Positions 20,990 through 31,400 of a stretch of DNA of 64,000 nucleotides are shown here, piece after piece. The notes beneath the pieces are model-generated. The model made no database searches, was not told the origin of the DNA, and worked only from the letters and a program-made list of their open reading frames with translations. Location of the stretch: the NCBI GenBank assembly GCA_963779615.1, contig CAVZZA010000005.1, forward strand, positions 672,001 to 736,000, written 5' to 3'. The DNA is from an uncultured Nitrososphaeraceae archaeon (GTDB lineage: Archaea; Thermoproteota; Nitrososphaeria; Nitrososphaerales; Nitrososphaeraceae). How positions within the stretch are numbered: position 1 is the first letter of the stretch; each line of letters opens with the position of its first letter. The translations under genes were made by a program, and so were the position numbers.

Positions 20990-22531
20990 CTATAGGTTTA
21001 TGTTCCCATGTTTTTTCCACGGACGGTGCTCTTTTTTGTTGGATAGCGCGTTCAAAGCATTGATTATCATTGGACGGGTTTCCATTGGGTCTATAACCAA
21101 GTCAATGGTGCCTCTTTCTGCGGCGATATAGGGATTTGCAAATTTGTTTCTGTAGTCCTTGGCCAGGTTTTTCTTGATTTCTATTGCGTCAGGTGAGTTC
21201 TTGAGGCTTTTTCTGTGCATAATGGTAATCGCCGCCTCAGGGCCCAGTACGGCAATCTCCGCGGTGGGCCAGGCATAGTTGATGTCAGTCCCCAAGTTCT
21301 TGCTGCCCATGGCAATGTATGCGCCACCATAGGCTTTTCCTATGATGCAGGTTATCTTTGGAACTGTCGCCTCGCAATAGGCATACAGCAGCTTGCTTCC
21401 ATGCCTGATAATCCCGTTGTGCTCCTGATCGGAGCCGGGCAAATACCCGGGCGTGTCAACAAGGGTTATAATGGGAATGTTGAATGAGTCACAAAAACGG
21501 ATAAACCTGGCGGCCTTGACGGAAGAGTGGATATCCAAAGCACCGGCCAAAAATGACGGTTGGTTTGCGATTATGCCCACCGAACTCCCGGCCAGTCTGG
21601 AGAAACCCACAACTATGTTTTCTGCGAACAGCTCATGAATTTCAAAAAAGTCTCCATCATCCACGATGGACTTGATTATTTCTTTAATGTCATAAGGGTG
21701 GTAGGGGTTGTCGGGCAAAATATTGACGATGTTTTGATCGATCCTGTTCAAGTCATCGTTGCTATCGAACCTTGGCGGCTCCTCTCTATTGTTTTGCGGA
21801 ATGTATGACAACAGCGTTTTGATTTTGTCCATGCAGTCAATTTCATCCTTGGCCACAAAGTGGGCCACACCGGATTTTGTCGCATGTGTTTTTGCCCCAC
21901 CCAGATCCTCAAATGTGACGTCCTGGCTCAAGACCTGCTTAACAACCTCAGGTCCCGTCACAAACATCTGGCCAACGTGTTCAACCATTATGACAAAATC
22001 AGTCATGGCAGGGGAATAAACCGCACCACCGGCGCATGGGCCTATACTTGCGGTTATTTGAGGGATAACGCCAGAAGAAAGGGCATTCTTCAGAAAGATA
22101 TCCCCATATCCATCCAGGCTGGACACGCCTTCCTGGATTCTGGCGCCCCCCGAATCAAGAATCCCAATGACTGGGCATCCAACCTTCATTGCATGGCTCA
22201 TGACTTTGGAGACCTTTTTTCCAGCCATTTCCCCTAACGATCCACCCAGAACAGTAAAGTCATAAACATACACAAAGACCTGCCTGCCGTTGATGGTTCC
22301 AAAACCGGTAAGTAGCCCATCCCCATAAAATTTTTTTAGTTCCGGATCATCGCTTCTGTGAGTGACAAACTTGTCCAGCTCTATAAAAGAGTTGGAGTCT
22401 AGCAACATGTTAAGCCTCTCGCGAGCTGTTAACTTTCCTTTTGAATGCTGGGAATCAATTTTGTCCTCACCCCCACCTGCCTCTGCAGTCGAATTTCGCT
22501 CATAAAACTGTTTTAGCTTTTCCTCATGCAT
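20990..22531 (-). CDS. pccB: Acyl-CoA carboxylase carboxyltransferase subunit (3HP/4HB cycle)
   Basis: GKLTARER, DSGGARIQEG, GPCAGGAVYSPA, KAYGGAY, KKHGNINL. Confidence 0.96.
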   Translation of the reverse strand: MHEEKLKQFYERNSTAEAGGGEDKIDSQHSKGKLTARERLNMLLDSNSFIELDKFVTHRSDDPELKKFYGDGLLTGFGTINGRQVFVYVYDFTVLGGSLGEMAGKKVSKVMSHAMKVGCPVIGILDSGGARIQEGVSSLDGYGDIFLKNALSSGVIPQITASIGPCAGGAVYSPAMTDFVIMVEHVGQMFVTGPEVVKQVLSQDVTFEDLGGAKTHATKSGVAHFVAKDEIDCMDKIKTLLSYIPQNNREEPPRFDSNDDLNRIDQNIVNILPDNPYHPYDIKEIIKSIVDDGDFFEIHELFAENIVVGFSRLAGSSVGIIANQPSFLAGALDIHSSVKAARFIRFCDSFNIPIITLVDTPGYLPGSDQEHNGIIRHGSKLLYAYCEATVPKITCIIGKAYGGAYIAMGSKNLGTDINYAWPTAEIAVLGPEAAITIMHRKSLKNSPDAIEIKKNLAKDYRNKFANPYIAAERGTIDLVIDPMETRPMIINALNALSNKKEHRPWKKHGNINL

Positions 22532-22655
22532 ATATTATGTTTTTAATCCTTGAATTATTTAATATAGACTTTGCGATAGGATTAAATAATCAAACTATAA
22601 ACAAATAAAAAATCTTTCAATAAATTACAATGTTTCACGCAAATCGTTCAATAAA

Positions 22656-22883
22656 TTAAAATGTTTCACGCACTTCACGCAAACCCTCTCTACCACCATA
22701 TGCGCGTCTGAAATAACCCATGCCCCGGTTATAGTTATCATATAGTGATTCCAGTGTTTCCATCTCCATTTTTACAAAATCTATTTCAAATGTGGACGAT
22801 TTGCTGTTGCTTTGCAACTGCTGAAGTTTGTTGAATTTTTCTGCCAGTAGCCTACTCACATTATATTCATACTCGCTTGACAA
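22656..22883 (-). CDS. Small helical hypothetical protein
   Basis: 75-aa ORF, TTG start, co-oriented with the core cluster. Confidence 0.6.
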   Translation of the reverse strand: MSSEYEYNVSRLLAEKFNKLQQLQSNSKSSTFEIDFVKMEMETLESLYDNYNRGMGYFRRAYGGREGLREVRETF

Positions 22884-23141
22884 TAACTCGTAATCTTGGG
22901 TTTCTTTACATTTTAACCTTTTCTTTCTTTTCCCCTTTTCTTGTGTTCATCACATCAACCAAATCAACAAAAGTTTGGCTTCTGTTAAAAACGAAGAACG
23001 GAGCAACCAGCAAATTGTCAGTTAGTAAGTTAGTCAACAGGTGTGTAAGTGCATAACCTATTGTGTTTGTAAACAATCGTTTTTGTTCCAGCAATGGTTG
23101 CAGCAATCGTTTGAGCATTACCGTGTATTTGAGTTTACCAA

Positions 23142-23732
23142 TTAATTAACAAATTGGCCCATAAACCTCCTTTTGTAGCTTTCATACACACCGTTGTCAA
23201 AATTTTCAAGGCAATAGCTGCAATAAACAATGTCTGAATTGCTGTTATACTTTTCGCATAGCCTTGACAGTGATTTCATCAACTCATTGTTGAAATCCAC
23301 ATACCTGGAGCAAATAAAGCACTTTATCTTCTTGTCCCTTTTTTTAAAAATGCTATTGCCATTTTCATAGGCATTATTGTCAACACCAATGCTGCTGCTG
23401 CTGGCGTTGGTAGTGGCGGCGGCGGCGGCGGTAGGCTTGCCATTTTTTTCACCTGAAACCCTGGCGGCATCAGCAGCAGCACTATCGGAGGATATTCCCT
23501 TTGGATCCAGTGAGGATTGGGAGGGGGAGGGGGAGGGGGAGGATGAGGGGGAGGGCAAACGCTGTGGGAGAAACAAAGAATCATAGCATGATTGGTGCAG
23601 AACAGATTTGGAGAGTTTGGACCAATACCCATACTCTCCGGAATTTAGTTTTTTCCTACAGCTTAAACAAAGTCCACTGAACTTTATGGATATTTTTATC
23701 CAATCGTTGGTTGACAAAACATCCTTATCCAT
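23142..23732 (-). CDS. Hypothetical zinc-finger protein with a low-complexity linker
   Basis: CLSC...HQSC and CFIC...CSYC pairs separated by Pro/Ser and Ala runs. Confidence 0.75.
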   Translation of the reverse strand: MDKDVLSTNDWIKISIKFSGLCLSCRKKLNSGEYGYWSKLSKSVLHQSCYDSLFLPQRLPSPSSSPSPSPSQSSLDPKGISSDSAAADAARVSGEKNGKPTAAAAATTNASSSSIGVDNNAYENGNSIFKKRDKKIKCFICSRYVDFNNELMKSLSRLCEKYNSNSDIVYCSYCLENFDNGVYESYKRRFMGQFVN

Positions 23733-23836
23733 TGAGGTACAATGTAAAACGGATCAAAAAAGATAAAAATATTACGTTGCCCATCCAGCGCCTGAACATC
23801 ATCATCACCCTCATCTTTACTCTCATAATCATTGTG

Positions 23837-25113
23837 TCATCTTTTTTTTATCCTGTCCATCTCCTTGCGCAGTATTTCGTTTAGTTTGGCAGCGGTGTCA
23901 TCATCATAGTGCTGCTCCTCCCCCCCTCCCCGTCAAAGGAAAGAGCGGTATCGGTAGCAGTGTGGTAATTGAGGTCCTTTAGTGTGTAAATCAAAGGCAA
24001 AAAGTAAAACATTCCAACGGCACTGGAGTTGGTATGGAAAACCTTTGATAACGCTTTGCAAAGCATTTTCGTGGATTGACCCCTTATGAATATAGACCCT
24101 ATCAGAGGAAATGGAATGTTGTATTGGCTGTATTTTATGCTTAGGCCTCGGGTGACATTGAATAGTTTTGAAACAAGCATGTCATTGGCATATCTTAACA
24201 AATGCCAATTTCTATTTCTAAAAATTTTGTTAAGGTACAAATCAACCTCAGAAAGCCCGTCCAATATCCTTGCCATATCCATGGTGGATATTTTCCCTTC
24301 GTTGGCGACAATACTCGAAAACAGCGCGTAAACTATATCCCTCACTCGCTCTTCGGGGGAGTAGCCATATTTTGGCGATATGTAAATGACATCTGAGCGA
24401 ATCAAAACCATTTTTGCCTGTGACATGGTTTCCGCAGAAAAAAACAGGTTGACGCATTCATCCACAGGCAGATTGTCTGGGAGGTTTTTATTGGATTCAT
24501 ACTCACCCTGCAGTTTGGATTGGGCAAGGTTTAACAGGGAACGCACATCACCGTTGCTCTTTTCAATCAACTCTATCTTTTGGTCAGGTTCTAGCGATCT
24601 GCCTTCTGTCGCAAGAAGGTTTTGCAGCAAAAGATAGCATGAGAAGGGGGATAGTGGAAGAAACTCTATCGTTTTGCTGTTTTTTATCAATTCCCTTATC
24701 TTGGAGTTTTTTGAATTTGCGGCCATTACAATAGGAATGTTGGAGGTTTTCAGGGTGGAAATCAAAAAGGATAACCCCCCATAATCGTCCCGTCCAGATA
24801 TTCCATCCACCTCATCCAAAAACAGCAATATCTTTTTTCCGAAAATGCTGGTGTTGTCCAGCAGGGGTTGCACAATAGACTCCAAATTTGCTTTGTTTCG
24901 CAAATCACTGGCGTTTAGCTCAACAAGATCATAATTTAAAAAATTTGCCATGGACATGGCGAAAGACGTTTTGCCGGTACCGGCCGGGCCCATCAGCAAA
25001 AGGGGTTTTGTCCCCTTCATCCAGTTTTTTATCCATTTAAGCGCATCCAGTCTTGGTTTTTCGTTTCCGACAAACTGGTCCACATTTTTAAAACGGTATT
25101 TCTCAGACCACAC
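23837..25113 (-). CDS. rfcL: Replication factor C large subunit; true C-terminus appears to lie behind a 1-nt frameshift at a G7 tract
   Basis: WSEKYR, GPAGTGKT, ELNASD, DEVDG, GDVRS; ORF as assembled ends at 23881, and adding one G at 23920-23926 gives ...KLNEILRKEMDRIKKR-stop at 23837. Confidence 0.9.
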
Positions 25114-25133
25114 AATAATCCCCTTTCACAGTT

Positions 25134-26291
25134 TCACAGGTTAACGATTTTTTTGTTGTCGACATCTTTCTGAAATCGGGTCAAAAGGTCCCCCCTGTTG
25201 GACAAAAGCTCCCGATGCCAGAATTCATTGTAGTGGCTCACGGTTAAAAACAGAAAACCAAGGAACGGCTTGATTTCAAAATCGTCGTCAAGCATATTTA
25301 GGGCCGAGTACGCCTCAGAAAGGTAGGAGCAGCTTTTTTCAAGCGTCAGTTTAAAACCCCTTCTGACATCCCCGGTAGTAATCGAATAAAACAAGGGCCA
25401 CGAAGGGGACTTTATTCCGTTGGTGGCAATGGCGTCTTGGATTTCATTACCACAACCCACACATTCAGCGGCTTTTGCCATACCGATATAGTAGATTTCC
25501 GAGAGGGGCGGCTGGTTTAGGCTCATGTTTTTTCCAGCGGTGCCAAGAATTGCCCGATATTTTTTGTAACTCCGCTCAAGGTTGTCATAGCTTAAACTTC
25601 TTATGCCGACCTTCATTTCATAGTCAACTTGCTGTCCGTCTAGTGCGTCTTTAAAACCTTTTTCAAACTCACGGTAAACCTCGCTTCCTGCATTTGAGAT
25701 TTTTTGCTTTGCCAAGAGCAGGATATAGGGGTTCAAGAATTTGTAGTCGTCAAGGTAATCCACGTCCTCGTCTTTATCAACAATTCTGTCCATAGGCTCA
25801 CTCAAATCAATTGCGATCAAGTGCCCATCAACAACAGAATTTCGCAGTCCAAGAAGCGATGGATCCTTCTTAAAACTCACGTAGCCGTCATACAAAGAGT
25901 AAAAGACAGGGAATGTCATTTTTACAAAGTTAGAGTTAAGTATCCTTTTTATGCGGTCATGCAGAAGGTTGCCATTGTCTTTTATTAGTTTATTTTTAAC
26001 CACATCAAAGTCTTTGGAGTCAAGTCTAAGGTCATTCGAGCCGCCGCCTCCTATTTCTTTGATGAATTCATCATGGGTGGCGATAGGGGAGGAATCAGAT
26101 TTTATTAGACTGCAAACATCATGCTGAAAACGTAAAACAAAATCACCGTACTCTTTTTTTGACAGCTCAGCGTATTTTTTAAACTGCTGGTAGCCTTTGT
26201 CTTTTAGCATTCCTTTTTTTATAATTTTTCTTCCAGAGCATGTCTTCAAAAGATTAGTTTTTTTGAAAACATAGTCATCTTTACCGCTCAT
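25134..26291 (-). CDS. Conserved hypothetical protein with a probable class I isoprenoid synthase (polyprenyl synthase-like) fold
   Basis: 385-aa helical ORF with ordered motifs DRIVDKDED, GQQVD, YKKY, GNEIQDAI, YLSEAYSALNML. Confidence 0.7.
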   Translation of the reverse strand: MSGKDDYVFKKTNLLKTCSGRKIIKKGMLKDKGYQQFKKYAELSKKEYGDFVLRFQHDVCSLIKSDSSPIATHDEFIKEIGGGGSNDLRLDSKDFDVVKNKLIKDNGNLLHDRIKRILNSNFVKMTFPVFYSLYDGYVSFKKDPSLLGLRNSVVDGHLIAIDLSEPMDRIVDKDEDVDYLDDYKFLNPYILLLAKQKISNAGSEVYREFEKGFKDALDGQQVDYEMKVGIRSLSYDNLERSYKKYRAILGTAGKNMSLNQPPLSEIYYIGMAKAAECVGCGNEIQDAIATNGIKSPSWPLFYSITTGDVRRGFKLTLEKSCSYLSEAYSALNMLDDDFEIKPFLGFLFLTVSHYNEFWHRELLSNRGDLLTRFQKDVDNKKIVNL

Positions 26292-26411
26292 AGAACAACC
26301 TTCTTTTTAGGAAATGAAAATAAATGATTTGGAAAAGGGTAAGAACCTGGCTGTATCTCTCTTTCTGTGTGTGTTTGTGTCTGCGTATGTATACCTATAT
26401 GCCTATATGCA

Positions 26412-27020
26412 TTATCTTGATGACATGGCTATTCTTTCTTGTTCATTTTTCTTTTTTATTGCATAGCTGTTCATGTCACTGTTGGACGCCAAGATAATTT
26501 CTTTTGCCAATATCTCTTCAATTGCGTGAGGATTGGAGTATGTCGAAATTCTTACACCTTCTGCTATAAATCGCAGGGCAAGGTCAACCCTTCGCAAAGG
26601 AGAAACATCCACAGAAACGTGATACACCACACCACCGTACACTATACGTGTTGTGTCTTCATTTGGGGCGGTATTTTCTATTGCACGAATCAGCATTTCA
26701 ACAGGGTTTCTGCCGGTTTCCGCATATATGATCTCAAGGGCAGTTTTTACAACGTTTATCACCCTGGCCTTTTTGCCACCCATCCTACCGGTGTTTTTGG
26801 CATATCTTTTGCCAAAGTGCATCAACTTGTTTGCCAGCCGTTCAATAATGTGAACCTCGGATTTTTTTAGCCTTTGGTGTTCATGCCTTCCAAAGGTTAC
26901 AGGAATTGTCATGAATGGACTTATAAATATAACATTTTTTAGACCGATGTCATTGATGTCTATTTCACTTGTATCCCATTTGTTAAACAGCAGCATGTTG
27001 ATTTGTTCTTTACCACTCAT
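26412..27020 (-). CDS. rps7: 30S ribosomal protein S7 (uS7)
   Basis: GRHEH, IERLANKLM, VDVSPLRRVDLALR, ERIAMSSR. Confidence 0.98.
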   Translation of the reverse strand: MSGKEQINMLLFNKWDTSEIDINDIGLKNVIFISPFMTIPVTFGRHEHQRLKKSEVHIIERLANKLMHFGKRYAKNTGRMGGKKARVINVVKTALEIIYAETGRNPVEMLIRAIENTAPNEDTTRIVYGGVVYHVSVDVSPLRRVDLALRFIAEGVRISTYSNPHAIEEILAKEIILASNSDMNSYAIKKKNEQERIAMSSR

Positions 27021-27023
27021 TTG

Positions 27024-27464
27024 CTATCGCCTTGGTTTCTCTTTTTTGCCTATAACTAGCTGATTAAGTGAAACACCATTGACCTTAAAAACCTGCCATC
27101 TTACTCCAGGAATATCACCCATAGCACCACCCATGGATCCACCTATGCCTTCCAGAATAACCTCATCATGCTCATCAACAAAATTCAAGGCACCGTCCCG
27201 AGGAAGAAAAGCTGTTATTGACTTGCCGTTCTTAATCAGTTGGACACGGACACACTTCCTCACCGCGGAGTTAGGCTGTTTGGATTCAATACCCACTTTT
27301 TCCAGAACAATGCCTCTTGCTTGTGGAGCACCTTCTAATGGATTAGCCTTTTTGTCAAGCATCAGCATTCTTCTTTTGTAATATTTGTTTGACCATCTTT
27401 GACGTTTTCTTTTTGATTTTAAAACTCTACCTGAGAATAAGCCTAATGGAGATTTACTCAACAC
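27024..27464 (-). CDS. rps12: 30S ribosomal protein S12 (uS12)
   Basis: [23 protein letters not shown]. Confidence 0.98.
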   Translation of the reverse strand: MLSKSPLGLFSGRVLKSKRKRQRWSNKYYKRRMLMLDKKANPLEGAPQARGIVLEKVGIESKQPNSAVRKCVRVQLIKNGKSITAFLPRDGALNFVDEHDEVILEGIGGSMGGAMGDIPGVRWQVFKVNGVSLNQLVIGKKEKPRR

Positions 27465-27467
27465 ACA

Positions 27468-27938
27468 TCACATGTTTTCACTTTTAATTAATTGTTCCGG
27501 ACTCAAAACTAAAACATTTGATATGTTGAAATACCTCTTTGCAAGAATTCGAGCCTTATCTACATTTCTTCCGTCTTTTCCAACTATAAGCCCTTTTTTC
27601 TTCATGTCCACCACAACGACAGCACTCTTTGTGCCTTCCACCCGTTCACTGATTTTTACATCTTGGACCATATCGGAGTTAAATATATTTTTAATAAAAT
27701 TAACTGGAATCTCAGAATACTCAACCAATTCAATTTTTTTTGTTATCACATTTTGTAGTTGTTTAATGTTGTAACCACCTTTTCCTATGGCCATGCCCAT
27801 TTGACCCTTGTTGACAACAAAAATAACTCGTTCCATCTTATCATCGATGACGCAATCCCTTGCTACCGCGGTAGTGATTGTTTGAAATAACGACAGGTAA
27901 CTAAACTCATCAGGTGTCAGTTTAATTTTTTCACTCAA
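27468..27938 (-). CDS. nusA: Archaeal NusA (two KH domains)
   Basis: MAIGKGG and IVGKDGRN KH motifs; canonical position. Confidence 0.93.
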   Translation of the reverse strand: MSEKIKLTPDEFSYLSLFQTITTAVARDCVIDDKMERVIFVVNKGQMGMAIGKGGYNIKQLQNVITKKIELVEYSEIPVNFIKNIFNSDMVQDVKISERVEGTKSAVVVVDMKKKGLIVGKDGRNVDKARILAKRYFNISNVLVLSPEQLIKSENM

Positions 27939-28155
27939 TCCATGTTACACCCTTCACAACACAAAAATAACATCTTCAAGTATAAATAATTCTCTTTTGC
28001 ATGTCCCAATTTAAGTCTATTTTCAAAGTGCAAGAAATGGCTGGACTGAATCATCATTTGTAAAGGCTTTTTCCAACTAACCATACACATCCATAAAAAC
28101 ACAAAAGGATAAAAAAAAGGATAAAAAAAATAAAATGGATAAAAAAATGATAATC

Positions 28156-28461
28156 CTACATGGCGCTTAAAATGGAGTTCACTTCTTCTTCAGGGGCATT
28201 TTTTAACGACACCATGCTCGTTCCATAGGATAAACTGCACAAGCGGCCAAGCGAAATTGAGTTGCCAGGGTGTTGGTATAATGGGATATTGCTTGCTTCC
28301 GATATTTTTTTTATTTTATCCAGCGTTTGGACAGGCAAATTATTGGAGTACAGGATAAGATTGGTGCCTTTTATGTATTGCAGTACCTCTTTGGTCCCAG
28401 TTTTTATTTTTTTTTCGGTTACTGCGTCTTTAAGTAATTTTTTTAGTTTCTTTTCGTTCAC
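28156..28461 (-). CDS. rpl30e: 50S ribosomal protein L30e
   Basis: GTKEV, GNSISLGRLC; lies downstream of rpoA. Confidence 0.88.
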   Translation of the reverse strand: MNEKKLKKLLKDAVTEKKIKTGTKEVLQYIKGTNLILYSNNLPVQTLDKIKKISEASNIPLYQHPGNSISLGRLCSLSYGTSMVSLKNAPEEEVNSILSAM

Positions 28462-28477
28462 ATGCCATCACCATCTA

Positions 28478-31400
28478 CTATTCCTTTACACTCATATAAA
28501 GATCAATCATCCCTGTGCCCACAGGTACGGTTGCCCCCACTATAACATTTTCAGTGACCCCTTTTAGTGGTTCAATTTGGCCCTCAACAGATGCTCTTGC
28601 TATTGTTGGAACAGTAATTTCAAATGCGGCTCTTGCCAGCACGGAGGTTTTTGTCCCAGCAATACCGTGACGACCAATTTGTTGCAGGTAGCCTTTGGAC
28701 GTCATCAGGTCTGCAACCAGCATGATGTGCCTTATGTCAACCTCCAGCCCTTGTTCCTCCAAAGTGTTTGTTATTTCCTTAACAAGAGCGGTTCTTGCGG
28801 CCTCTATTCCCAGGGTCTGCCATATCTCAAAAACATTGTTTGTGGTGATTCTGGACAGGTCGACACCTTCGATCAGAATCACTTTGGCCAGGTTGGACCC
28901 GGAAGTTTGGATTACCCACTCCTCATTTTGTTTTACAATCGTGACTCTCTCGATATCGGGAACACCCTTAACCCTGCCATTCAATAGCTTGTTTCTCAGG
29001 GTCAGCAATGTTTGGGCATCAGGCTCCTCGGATAAGGTTATCTTGATTACTAAACTGCTTTCATCTACAGAAACATCATACCTTTTTTTGGAGCTTTTCA
29101 GCACCTCATGGATGTCATTGATATTGGTTCCCCTATCAGCTATTTTTTTATCGGAAAAATAAAACGACAGGACACCACTGTAGTCTGTATCCACTTTGAT
29201 TATCAAATCGGAAATTCTGGTGAAAATGATCCTCTTTGCCACCTCTAATGCTTTTTCCCTAGACAGCCTGTGCTCCTCATCAAGATAAATATCCATTGTT
29301 GGGGTGACAGGTTTTTTCCTGGCATCAACCAGCTCTATCAGTCGGGGCAATCCCAATGTCACATTTCTTTCCTTGACACCTGCAAAATGAAAGGTTCTAA
29401 GGGTCATTTGGGTTCCAGGCTCACCTATTGACTGTGCGGTGACTACACCCACAGCTTCTCCAGGCTCTACCATGGCCTTTTCAAACAAATCAACAATTTT
29501 GGATACGACTTTTTTTAGTCCCGGTTTGCTTAGCGGGTTGGTAGACAAGGCACTTTCAATGGTGGAACGCATCTTTGGATTCATTTTGTCCTCGTATTTC
29601 CCTAGAATTTCTTTTATCTGGTTTTCATCTGCTTTTGGACCCTCGTCAATGACTGACTCGGCCTCCACCAGCCTGTCGATATTTACAGCCTCACCATGAT
29701 CGCTCTTTGCAGGATCGATTCCATCATCTCCATAAACAAACTGAATAAGGTTTCCATGAGGGTCTCTCACGGTGAGATCATACTCGGCTTTTAAGTGCTC
29801 CAGGGCATTGATGAGCCTTCTTTGCATGTACCCTGACTGTTGGGTTCGAACGGCAGTGTCCACCAAGCCTTCCCTACCGCCCATGGCATGGAAGAAGAAT
29901 TGTATGGGATTGAGTCCATCCCGGTAGTTGGATTTCACAAAACCCTTTGAATCCGGGTTCTGTTCACCGGGTTTGAAGTGGGACAAGGCCCTGTTTCTGT
30001 ACCCTTTAATTATTCTTTTGCCACGAATGGATTGCTGGCCCAATGCAGCAGTCATTTGTCCGATGTTTAGGGTCGAACCTCTGGCACCTGTAGAGGCCAT
30101 AATTACCCCCGAATTGTCATCAGGAAATGACCTGTCGGCGGTTTTTCCTGCCCTGTCCCGGGCACGTGAAAGCTCATTGACTACATAAAGTTCAAGGGCC
30201 TCCTCAGGTGATAAGCCCCGGGTCAACGGCAAGGTTCCTTCCTTGTACTGCAAAACCAACTCGTTTATTTTACTGTATGTTTTGTCAATCACATCCAAAA
30301 TCTCTTGCCTAGTCTCATCATTTAACCAAAGGTCAGAATACCCATAACTGAATCCCCTGTGCGTGATGTAGGTTTTTAGCATTATCAAAATGGAATCCAA
30401 AAACTTTCTGGCAACATCATTGCCATAGTCTTTGGCGATACGGTGAAGCACACTGTCAGGCTCTTCCGCACCTATCGAGGCTTTGTCAATCACACCGGAA
30501 ATGAGTTGCCCATTCTTTATCACAACATCCTTCCCCTGCCTTTTGGAAGACTTGTTCCATTTTGAAGAAATGACAAAATTAAAGTCTTTGGGCAAAAATA
30601 ACGAAAACAACTGTTTGCCGCTATACAAAGGTATGCCATCTTTTTCCGACTGTGGTTTAGGTAACGGGCCATTGTAGCCTCCCAGGTAAGATAAATTGGC
30701 AATCTCATCGGCAGTTAAGAAGGTGTCATCACGGGTCAGCAGGAATGCCCCGGTAATAAAATCACGAATGCCTCCGATTATTGGGCCTCCATACCTCGGG
30801 GATATAATCTGATCTTGGACCCTCATTAAAAGTGCAGCCTCTGCTCGAGCTTCCTGGCTTTGAGGCACATGCAGGTTCATTTCATCACCATCAAAGTCAG
30901 CATTATATGGAGGACAAACTGCAGGGTGTACTCTGAATGTGCGATACGGCAAAACCCGCACATTATGGGCCATGATAGACATTCTGTGCAATGATGGTTG
31001 TCTGTTAAATATTACAATGTCACCTTCCAGCAAATGTCTTTCCACAGTATACCCCATAACCAGGGAATCTGCAATGCCAGTCCGGTCTGCCACATATTCT
31101 AACCGTATTTTTACGCCATCTGGTCGAATTATATAGTTGGCTCCAGGATAAACATTGGGTCCGTTTAAAACAAGGCTTTTTAGCTTGTCTATGTTCCATG
31201 ACGAGACTGTTTCGGGTATCGTAAGTTTTTTTGCGACATCACTGGGAACCCCTACGTCGGAGATGTTCAAATTCGGATCAGGTGAAATGACGGTCCTGCT
31301 GGAAAAATCAACCCTCTTACCCGACAGTGAGCCCCTAAAACGACCTTCCTTGCCTTTCAATCTTTGGGTTATTGTTTTAAGGGGCCTTCCGGAACGATGA

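Noticed and set aside
22616-22672. 26-bp direct repeat at the 3' end of the 75-aa ORF
   Set aside because: Looks like a local slippage duplication; no functional evidence.
22906-23118. 70-aa ORF
   Set aside because: No motifs or other support; left unannotated.
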